Assembly (NCBI GenBank): GCA_044869275.1
Contig: JBIOXB010000185.1
Coordinates: 1 to 40,568 of the forward strand
From: a bacterium
GTDB lineage: Bacteria; Zhuqueibacterota; Zhuqueibacteria; Zhuqueibacterales; Zhuqueibacteraceae
Reading direction: 5' to 3'
DNA length: 40,568 nucleotides
Under the pieces are notes generated by a model. That model was not told the DNA's origin. It did not search any database and saw only the letters and a list, made by a program, of their open reading frames with translations. Position 1 is the first letter of the stretch. The number at the start of each line of letters is the position of its first letter. The position numbers and the translations under genes were made by a program. Positions 16,587 to 24,323 of the stretch are shown here, in pieces.

Positions 16587-18153
16587 TCATCAACGTCCGG
16601 CTTTGTTCGCGCATGAATTGTTGCACATAATACGGCCCGCACCCGCCCTTGCCGCTGCCGCCGCTGCCTTTCCAGCCGCAGAAGGAATTCACGCCCGGCC
16701 AGGCACCGGTGGTCGCGCCGCTGCGGCGGTTGACGTAAGTGACGCCGGCTTCAATGTGATCGAAGAAATATTGAACCTCTTTTTTCTTGGCCGAAAACAG
16801 GCCGGCGGTCAAACCGTACTCCGCTTGATTGCTCAATTGAATCGCTTCTTCAAGCGAGTCTACCGCCGCCACCGTGAGGAAGGGCAAAAACAACTCGTCG
16901 TAGAACAAATGATGCGTGCGCGGGAGATCGTCGACGATGGTGGGCTCGACGTAATAGCCATGCGCGAACGCGCCGTCGCGCAAGACGCGGCCGCCATGCA
17001 GGATTTTACCGCCGCTATTCGTGGCTTCTTTCGCGGCCGCGGCAAATTTTTCCTGCGCTTTCTTGTGAATCACTGGGCCCATGTAAATGTCGCGTTGCGA
17101 GGGGTCGCCAATCGGCAGCTTGGAGGTTTTCTCCAAAAGCAACGCCGTAAACTCGCCTTTGATTTTTTGGTGCACATAGACGCGCGAGCAGGCGCTGCAT
17201 TTCTGCCCTTGCAGGCCGAAAGCCGATTTCATCACGCCTTCGGCAGCCGCGTCCAAATCGGCGCTGGGCATCACGATCGCCGGATTCTTGCCACCCATTT
17301 CCACGATCACGGGTTTGATATAGTTCTTGCTGAATTCGCGGTAGAGATTCATGCCCACGCCTTTGGAACCGGTGAAGACGATACCGTCGAGATCGGAATG
17401 CTCCACTAATTTCTGCCCAATCTCACGATCGCCCGCTAGGAAATTGAACACGCCCTCGGGCAATCCGGCATCACGATAAATTTCGGCGAGTTTGTAGCCC
17501 GTCCACAGGGTTTCTTTCGAGGGTTTGAACACCACGGTGTTACCGCCCAGCAAAGCGCCGGCGGTCATGCCTGCCGGCAAAGCCAGCGGAAAATTGAAAG
17601 GCGAAATCACCGCCCACACGCCGTAAGGCAGAAGCACCGAGCGCGTGCGTTCGTTGGGGGAGAGCCGCCCCAGACGCATGGAAAAGCCGTTGGCCTCGAG
17701 CAATTGCTCGGCGTAATAATCCATGAGATCCGCGGACTCTTCGGCGTCACCCATGGCCTCGAAGCGATTCTTGCCGGCTTCCAGGCTCATGATCGCGGCC
17801 AATTCGTAATTGTTCTTGCGCACGAGCTTGGCGGCGCGGCGCACGAGCTTCGCGCGTTCACGATAATCGGTCGCGGCCCAGCTTGCAAACGCCTGCTTGG
17901 CGGCCTGCACCGCCGCATTCATTTCATCGGGCGTGGCATAATGAAAATTCGCGAGCGTCATGCGGGTATCGATCGGGCTGGTGCTGGCCGTGATCTGGCC
18001 CGCGCCAGCGACTTCTTGATTATTGATCAAATGCGGATAGGTTTGACCAAGCTTTGCCTTCACTTTTTCCACGGCGCGATCGAAACTCTTATGAAATTTT
18101 TCCAGGTCCGCGCCTAGGGTGGAATAGGTGATCTTGAACTGCTTCTTTGCCAT
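16582..18153 (-). CDS. Aldehyde dehydrogenase, 1-pyrroline-5-carboxylate dehydrogenase-like
   Basis: ISPFNFP, FTGS, EMGGKN, GQKCSACSR, ELFLP and YGLTAG motifs. Confidence 0.9.
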   Translation of the reverse strand: MAKKQFKITYSTLGADLEKFHKSFDRAVEKVKAKLGQTYPHLINNQEVAGAGQITASTSPIDTRMTLANFHYATPDEMNAAVQAAKQAFASWAATDYRERAKLVRRAAKLVRKNNYELAAIMSLEAGKNRFEAMGDAEESADLMDYYAEQLLEANGFSMRLGRLSPNERTRSVLLPYGVWAVISPFNFPLALPAGMTAGALLGGNTVVFKPSKETLWTGYKLAEIYRDAGLPEGVFNFLAGDREIGQKLVEHSDLDGIVFTGSKGVGMNLYREFSKNYIKPVIVEMGGKNPAIVMPSADLDAAAEGVMKSAFGLQGQKCSACSRVYVHQKIKGEFTALLLEKTSKLPIGDPSQRDIYMGPVIHKKAQEKFAAAAKEATNSGGKILHGGRVLRDGAFAHGYYVEPTIVDDLPRTHHLFYDELFLPFLTVAAVDSLEEAIQLSNQAEYGLTAGLFSAKKKEVQYFFDHIEAGVTYVNRRSGATTGAWPGVNSFCGWKGSGGSGKGGCGPYYVQQFMREQSRTLMK

Positions 18154-18166
18154 CGATTTCCTCCTC

Positions 18167-19513
18167 TCAGGTTAACGACAGGGCCACGGTGTTCATTGAC
18201 GCCTCCAACAGCGCAACGATTTCCTCGATTTGTTCGCGCGTCACGAGGAAAGGCGGCGCCAGCAAAATCGCGTCGCCGTTGGTTCCATCTACGTGGCCGG
18301 CGTTCGTCCACACGATCAAGCCGCGCGACAAGGCTTCTGCCGAAATTTTTTCCGCCACCTTCATGCGGCGCGGAAACGGTTCGCGCGTGGTTTTGTTCGC
18401 CGCCAATTCGAGGCCGGCCAGCAAGCCTTTGCCGCGCACTTCGCCGATGAGCGCGTGGCTCTGAAGTTTCTGCAACGCGCCATGCAGCACTTTCCCCATC
18501 TCGCGGCAGCGCTCGATGAGTTGTTGTTCCTGTATGAATCGAATCGTCGCCAAGCCCGCCGCACAAGCCACCGGATGATGCGCGAAGGTCTGGGCGTGCA
18601 GGAAATCACTGCCGCTTTCATAAATGGCGTCAATGATCTCATGCCGTGCCAGCACGGCCGAAAGCGGCACCACGCCGCCGGTGACACCTTTGCCCGCCAG
18701 CAAGAGATCGGGCGTGACATCGTAACTTGAAATTGCAAACCAGTCGCCGGTACGGCCCATGCCGCAGAGAATCTCATCGGCAATGAACAAAATCTCGTGT
18801 CGGTGGCAAATCTCCAACACCCGGGGATAGTAATCCGCGGGGGGAACCATAGCCGTGCCGGTCGAGCCGAGCACCGGCTCAGCGAGGAATGCTGCAATCG
18901 TCTCCGCCCCTTCTCTTTGAATGGCAAGCTCCAGCTCTTGCGCGCATTCATAGTCACAGCCCGGAAAAGTTTTGCCCCAGGGGCAGCGATAACAAATTGG
19001 CGGCGGAATCTTGGGATGGTCAATATAAAGCGGCTGGAACATCGTGCGATAAGCTTGCCGTCCACTCACGCCCATCGCGCCTATGGTGTTGCCGTGATAG
19101 CTTGGCATGCGGCTGATGATTTTGTATTTTTGCTCGCGGCCCTTGGCCTGCCAATACTGCCGCGCCATTTTCATCGCCGCTTCCGTGGCTTCGCTGCCGC
19201 TGGAAAGAAAGAATGCCTTGTCCAATCCTTTGGGCGCGACTTCACAGAGCGCCTGCGCCAACGCCTCAACAGAATCGTGCGTAAATTGCATGCCACTGAC
19301 GTAATCCAGAGTCGCGGCCTGTTTGCTGATCGCCTCGACGATCGCGGGATGGCCGTGCCCGAGATTCGATACCATGGCGCCGCCGGAAGCATCGAGATAG
19401 CGCTTGCCGTCTTCGTCAAAAAGATAAACGCCCTCACCGCGCACCATACGCGGGAAAGAATAACGCAGCTTGCGATAAAGCACGTTGCCGTGCGGGTAGG
19501 AATACGTCGGCAT
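18167..19513 (-). CDS. Class III PLP-dependent aminotransferase
   Basis: SGSEATEAAMK, SYHGNT, FIADEILCGMGRTG, PDLLLAGKGVTGG (PLP lysine), RGKGLL. Confidence 0.92.
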   Translation of the reverse strand: MPTYSYPHGNVLYRKLRYSFPRMVRGEGVYLFDEDGKRYLDASGGAMVSNLGHGHPAIVEAISKQAATLDYVSGMQFTHDSVEALAQALCEVAPKGLDKAFFLSSGSEATEAAMKMARQYWQAKGREQKYKIISRMPSYHGNTIGAMGVSGRQAYRTMFQPLYIDHPKIPPPICYRCPWGKTFPGCDYECAQELELAIQREGAETIAAFLAEPVLGSTGTAMVPPADYYPRVLEICHRHEILFIADEILCGMGRTGDWFAISSYDVTPDLLLAGKGVTGGVVPLSAVLARHEIIDAIYESGSDFLHAQTFAHHPVACAAGLATIRFIQEQQLIERCREMGKVLHGALQKLQSHALIGEVRGKGLLAGLELAANKTTREPFPRRMKVAEKISAEALSRGLIVWTNAGHVDGTNGDAILLAPPFLVTREQIEEIVALLEASMNTVALSLT

Positions 19514-19557
19514 GCAATTGAAGCCCTCAGCGATGACATCGTTTTATTGATTCCGAC

Positions 19558-19610
19558 TTACACATTACACGTTACACGAATATCGTGTATCGTGTAAAGT
19601 GTAACGTGTG
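19558..19610. repeat. Inverted heptamer hairpin (TTACACG/CGTGTAA family)
   Basis: ttacaca ttacacg ttacacg aatat cgtgtat cgtgtaa agtgtaa cgtgtg. Confidence 0.88.
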
Positions 19611-19636
19611 GGCATAAGCTATTAGTTGGTTAGTTA

Positions 19637-19665
19637 AAAATAGCATTTGCCGGGGAGAATAGCAA
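19637..19665 (-). promoter_or_regulatory. Candidate sigma-70 promoter for the aminotransferase-ALDH unit
   Basis: Minus strand TTGCTA-N17-TATTTT with a TGn extended -10. Confidence 0.45.
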
Positions 19666-19687
19666 AAGAGAATTTGTTGCGAGGAGT

Positions 19688-20554
19688 TCATTCGGGGTCA
19701 TGCATGACTTGCGGATTTGACAGCCTTTGCGGGCCGGAATAGACCACGGCCTGGCCTTCACGCAAGAAGCCCACCAGAGTCATCCCGCTTTCTTCCGCCA
19801 ACTCGACAGCCAAAGCAGAGGCGGCGCTGATGGCTCCAACCAACGGAATACCGGCCAGCAAAGCTTTTTGCGCCATCTCGAAACTCAGCCTTCCGCTCAC
19901 CAACAAACCTACATGGGAAAGAGGATACATGCGCCGTTGCAAAGCCCATCCGATCACCTTGTCCACAGCGTTGTGGCGGCCGATGTCTTCGCGCACGCCG
20001 AGCAGTTTTCCGTCTTGCGTAAACAAGGCGGCAGCGTGCAAGCCGCCGGTTTTGGCAAAGGCAGTTTGTCGTGCGCGCAAATGGCTGGGCAATCGCAGCA
20101 GATCAGTCAATGAAATATTGAAGTCCCCGCGCAAAGCCGGCGCTCGCAGAAAGACATGCTCGAGCGAGGCCCGGCCACAAATGCCGCAACTGGATGTAGA
20201 GGTGAGCCACCGCCGGCGTTTTTCGAGTTCTCCTGAAGTAAATTTCGCAATGGTGCAGTTCACCACGTTCGGAATTTCCAATCCCAGCTCATCGCGTGCG
20301 CAATCAATGGGAATTTCGCAAGGGTTCGTGTTTACCTCGCCGGCAAGAAAACCCTCCGAGAGCAAGAAACCGTGCGCCAATTCAAAATCTTCACCAGGCG
20401 TGCGCATGACCACGGCAAGTGCCTGGCCGTTCACACGAATTTCCAGCGGCTCCTCGACCACCAAAGAGTCCGTCTCTTCCGACCAGCGCTCGCGTTGCCA
20501 GCGTCGCACCGGAAGATCGCGAAAGGAAGCGTCTCTGTTAAACACGATATCCAT
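19688..20554 (-). CDS. fdhD: Formate dehydrogenase accessory sulfurtransferase FdhD
   Basis: EEPLEIRVNG, MRTPG, SSCGICG, TGGLHAAAL, REDIGRHNAVDKVIG, SGRLSFEMAQKA; start trimmed to MDIVFN. Confidence 0.93.
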   Translation of the reverse strand: MDIVFNRDASFRDLPVRRWQRERWSEETDSLVVEEPLEIRVNGQALAVVMRTPGEDFELAHGFLLSEGFLAGEVNTNPCEIPIDCARDELGLEIPNVVNCTIAKFTSGELEKRRRWLTSTSSCGICGRASLEHVFLRAPALRGDFNISLTDLLRLPSHLRARQTAFAKTGGLHAAALFTQDGKLLGVREDIGRHNAVDKVIGWALQRRMYPLSHVGLLVSGRLSFEMAQKALLAGIPLVGAISAASALAVELAEESGMTLVGFLREGQAVVYSGPQRLSNPQVMHDPE

Positions 20555-20565
20555 AGGTTGGCATG

Positions 20566-21696
20566 TTATTGAGCAATGGGACGCACCCGCTGCTCCAAAA
20601 GCTGATGTACGTGGCGCACCACCTCGGTGGCGGTGAAATGCTTCTCCGCCCAGGCCCGGCCTTTTTGTCCGAGGGTGCGGCGCTGAGCCGGATGCGCGCA
20701 CAATCGGTACAGTTGCTCTCGCACGTTTTCATAAGTAATCTCTACGAAAGGATGATCGGGATAAAGCGCCAGAAATTCCGGCATCAAACTCGTGCACGTG
20801 CAAATGCCCAAAGCCAGCGCTTCGATCGCGTTGACGCCGTAGCCCAACTCACTGAGGTTGTCGACAAAAATATCGCAATCAGATTTGCGGCGAATGGCTT
20901 CGGCATGCGCAACGCCTTCGATCAATTCCAATCGAATTGGAAAATCGTCCGCCAAGCCTCGCACCGCAGTGATGATGGCTTCGCTGCCTTTGGCATGCCG
21001 ATTTGTTGGTGCGTGGCCAATAACGATTTGAGGGCGTGGCGGGCGAATCTTTACGGGCTGGATGTTTTCAAATTGAAACGGAAAAAAAATATGCGTCAAG
21101 CCGGAATCGAGGCGGAGATGATCGAATTCCAGCGTCAAGCGCAAATCAGCCAGCGCATCAATGGCGGGGATGATTCCGCGCGTGCGCAAATCCGAGCCGG
21201 TGTAAAGAATGACGATCTTTTTTCCGCGCCGCTTCAGTTCGCGCACGGTGCGGCCATCGCGAAAAAATTCCAAGCCGCCGTCGAGCTGATACAGATCAAA
21301 GTTCCAGAAGTCGATGGCCTCTGCCACGCGACGGATGCGGGATTGCCAGATCGATTCACGCCAAGCAATCAGCCATTTTTCCATGCGGGAATGCGGCCGC
21401 CAAACCGGCGGCATTTGCGCCGCGGCCATGTGGCGATCGCGGACCTGCAATTTTGTCGGATCTGAAAATGCGCGTTTGGCCCAGTGCACGCCGTTTGAGC
21501 TCAAAAAAGGCAATGCCAGGCATAGGTCTTCCTCATATCCACGTGGATCGCGCGCCAGCGTGATCAGGCGGCTTTCGAAACCGACCTTGCGTTCTGCACG
21601 CACGAAGGCGATAGGAACACCCGATATGTTCAAAGGAGCGATATGCAGGATCCGTCGAATGCCAGGCATACTGTTCGAGAGCGAGGGCGAGGACAA
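20566..21696 (-). CDS. Putative GT-B fold glycosyltransferase
   Basis: RILHIAP N-terminus; IGHAPTNRHAKGSE; DIFVDNLSELGYGVNAIEALALG. Start may be ATG 21669. Confidence 0.75.
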   Translation of the reverse strand: MSSPSLSNSMPGIRRILHIAPLNISGVPIAFVRAERKVGFESRLITLARDPRGYEEDLCLALPFLSSNGVHWAKRAFSDPTKLQVRDRHMAAAQMPPVWRPHSRMEKWLIAWRESIWQSRIRRVAEAIDFWNFDLYQLDGGLEFFRDGRTVRELKRRGKKIVILYTGSDLRTRGIIPAIDALADLRLTLEFDHLRLDSGLTHIFFPFQFENIQPVKIRPPRPQIVIGHAPTNRHAKGSEAIITAVRGLADDFPIRLELIEGVAHAEAIRRKSDCDIFVDNLSELGYGVNAIEALALGICTCTSLMPEFLALYPDHPFVEITYENVREQLYRLCAHPAQRRTLGQKGRAWAEKHFTATEVVRHVHQLLEQRVRPIAQ

Positions 21697-21756
21697 ACTG
21701 TTCTCTTGTGATCTTTAAAGCAGTTGGTTGAGTAAACGTAAAATAGAATCTGAAAG

Positions 21757-21828
21757 TTTTTTGACAGGATCAACAAGATTTACAAGATGAGGATCGATCT
21801 TGTTCATCCTGTAAATCCTGCCGAAAAA
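21757..21828. repeat. Inverted nonamer hairpin (ACAGGATT/ACAAGATT type)
   Basis: ttttt gacaggat caacaagat ttacaagat ... atcttgttc atcctgtaa atcctgcc gaaaaa. Confidence 0.85.
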
Positions 21829-21931
21829 GGAGCGGCCGCGCTGTGGCTTCTGTTTTCAGCTCGTCTGAAAACGAACGTAGAAATTTAAGCAACGATATCA
21901 CAAAATGCCACCGGAAAAGGAACGGCGAGTT

Positions 21932-22852
21932 TTAATGGCGGGGGCGCGCGGGAAATTTGCTGGCCGTTGACAGATGATACACAACCAAGCCTGCCGCCGC
22001 GACCGGCAAAGTCACAAGCACCCATGACAAAGGAATTTGATCGGTGGTGGCGAGATTCACCTCGCCGAGGCGAGGCGCGCGATACATAAGCCAAATGGCA
22101 ATGAAATTGTTGGTGAAGTGCGCCACCATGGAAGGCAGAAGGCTTCGGCTGCGATAAAAGAAATATCCGAAGATCATTCCCAATAAAGCCAGGGAAATCA
22201 AACCGAGAGGCTGCAGGTGAAAAAGCCCGAAAATGACCCCGACTAACCACGCGCTTTTGCCATGTATGGTTCGTTCCAAGGTGCGCTGAACGTATCCGCG
22301 GAAAAAAAATTCTTCACAAATTGCCGGGGTCACGGCCACGACGAAAACCAACAGCACAAACTCGGGGAGGGAGTGCGCCGTAAAAATTTCAGCCATGAAG
22401 CGCGTCAGATTCTCCGGGAAACGCAGTCGTTGCGTGAATTCGTTGGCCAGGTAATTGCATGCCGGCAGAATCGCCGCCGTGGTGATGACGGCGAGTGCGA
22501 TTTCCAGCAGTGAACTCTTGCGCAGGCGAACATATTGGCCGACATGCGCCGTGTGCCAGCGTTTCACCAACCACCAACTTGGCAACAGCATAAAGAGATA
22601 TTGAGAAACAACCAAAGCCAGCCGTACCGCGCCGACCGAGCTTCTCATCGCAAAGACGGATTTGTCGGCAAAATCCGCCGGCGCAGGAGCAGAAGCCGAG
22701 TGCAAATGCGTTACCCCGAGGGCCAGCAGCATCAGCAGGACCTGCGCGTTGAAATAAATGACTCCAACCAGCAACAGGCCCAACACGGCGGCCGCATTCG
22801 TGCTGCGGCCTTTGCGTTCCCACGATCCTTCACCGGCAGGCAAAAAAATCAT
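21932..22852 (-). CDS. CPBP (CAAX/Abi) family intramembrane metalloprotease
   Basis: EEFFFRG, FGLFH and HFTNN motifs in a polytopic protein; start uncertain (22852 or 22924). Confidence 0.88.
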   Translation of the reverse strand: MIFLPAGEGSWERKGRSTNAAAVLGLLLVGVIYFNAQVLLMLLALGVTHLHSASAPAPADFADKSVFAMRSSVGAVRLALVVSQYLFMLLPSWWLVKRWHTAHVGQYVRLRKSSLLEIALAVITTAAILPACNYLANEFTQRLRFPENLTRFMAEIFTAHSLPEFVLLVFVVAVTPAICEEFFFRGYVQRTLERTIHGKSAWLVGVIFGLFHLQPLGLISLALLGMIFGYFFYRSRSLLPSMVAHFTNNFIAIWLMYRAPRLGEVNLATTDQIPLSWVLVTLPVAAAGLVVYHLSTASKFPARPRH

Positions 22853-22945
22853 GATGAGCTCGTTGTGGTCACGAGGTCCGGCGCCTGATACGAGGCGGTC
22901 AAAGAGCGTTTGGGCGTGATACAACTTTCGAGCGCAGCCATTTTC

Positions 22946-23887
22946 TCACACTCCCTCGCCTTTGCGTGCGCGCAAGTCGAAATACATAACCGTCGTGATC
23001 AAGGGGCCTGTGATCGTCGACAAGATCAAACTGACGGCAATGATCACACCCAGGCGCAAGCCGAATGATTCAAACAAGTCAAACAATACCGCAGGATCAA
23101 TCTTCCCCTTTCCCGTGCTCGCCATGACTTCAAAATATTTCACGTAAAATTCCCGAAGCGCGAACAATGAAATGGGCGTGGTCAGCAGCGAAAGCGCGAA
23201 CTGGCACACCAATCCCAATAAGGCGAGGAGGCCGAAGGTCCGCCACCAAAAGTCCTGAACCAGTTTGGCGCTGCGGCGAAACGATTGTGAAACGCCGGCG
23301 CTTTCCCATGCGATTGAAGGCAGCGCAAATTCCCATCGTACCCAATAAAAAACCGCAAGTGGAATGGTGAGCAAGAAAAGCAATCCTCCCGACAACGCGA
23401 GTGCTGTTGAGCGGGCAACCGCACCTCCCACTAACATCGAGTATGGCAGCAGCACCAATCCACCAATCGCCAGGCTCATGAGCGCAACCTGGCTGCTCAA
23501 TCGCCAAAGCTTTGCCCCAAAAACCATGACGAGCGCGTCCTGCCAAGCGAGAGCTTGCCCGCACATTTCGCTGCAAGCGATAGCCGTCACTCCCAATTTT
23601 GCGGCGAGCAGGGTCAATGACAGCATGACCATCCCAACACCCAGGGCAGAGATCGAGCGCAGCACCAGCTGCAATTGTTCGCCAGTGAATTGCCCTGGCG
23701 CCTGCCGCTGCAGCGTAAGCTCCAAAATCAAGGAGATAGAGGACTCCAGTCCGAACGCCAGCGCTACTGCAGAGGGAATAAGAAGCAGCGATACTATAAG
23801 AAAGTTGCGGACGAAGGTTTTCGCCATTAGTTTGAAGATTTGGTCGAAAATATCGCCGAGACTCATGGCGGAGCGAGGAGCGAGCAT
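22946..23887 (-). CDS. Conserved polytopic membrane protein of unknown function
   Basis: MSLGDIFDQIFKL N-terminus, SFRRSAKLVQDFWWRTFG, YFDLRARKGE C-terminus; multiple TM segments. Confidence 0.75.
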   Translation of the reverse strand: MLAPRSAMSLGDIFDQIFKLMAKTFVRNFLIVSLLLIPSAVALAFGLESSISLILELTLQRQAPGQFTGEQLQLVLRSISALGVGMVMLSLTLLAAKLGVTAIACSEMCGQALAWQDALVMVFGAKLWRLSSQVALMSLAIGGLVLLPYSMLVGGAVARSTALALSGGLLFLLTIPLAVFYWVRWEFALPSIAWESAGVSQSFRRSAKLVQDFWWRTFGLLALLGLVCQFALSLLTTPISLFALREFYVKYFEVMASTGKGKIDPAVLFDLFESFGLRLGVIIAVSLILSTITGPLITTVMYFDLRARKGEGV

Positions 23888-24192
23888 AAGAGACTCACAG
23901 GTAACGTGTGCAAAAATAAAGCTTTTCTGATGTGAGACTAATACCGACAAATTCCATGCAATGCGCATTTTTGACAGAATCGACAAACACTCGAGGGCCC
24001 AGCCGGAGACGAATTATGGCGGGGTTTGACACTGACTGCAATTCGAGCAAACACCGCAATTCGCGCGAGAGAAAAATAATTGGATTCTGACGATGGCTTT
24101 ATTATTTTGAAATTCAGAGTACTGCGGTGGAATTTGAATTTGCCCAAGAGAGGTTAGTCCCTTAAAACTGAAATCTGTGCTTTTTTGGCAAA

Positions 24193-24268
24193 GAAATTCA
24201 AAGTCCAAAGCACAAAACTCAAAACTCAAAGTTACTTTTGGATTTTGTGCTTTGACTTTTGGGTTTCC
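24193..24268. repeat. Inverted heptamer hairpin (CAAAACT/CAAAGCA vs TTTTGTG type)
   Basis: caaagtc caaagca caaaact caaaact caaag ttac ttttgga ttttgtg ctttgac ttttggg; lies in the leader of the acylase gene. Confidence 0.85.
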
Positions 24269-24323
24269 GACTCGTTCGGGTTAGGCTGGTGGAAAAAAAG
24301 AACTGTTTTCGGAGCCTTAAGCT

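Noticed and set aside
24038..24063. GCAATTCG direct repeat with 18-bp spacing in the divergent intergenic region
   Set aside because: Only two short copies, which could arise by chance; no regulator can be assigned.
24185..24200. TGGCAAAGAAATTCA as a sigma-54 promoter for the acylase
   Set aside because: The -12 element is not at the required spacing.
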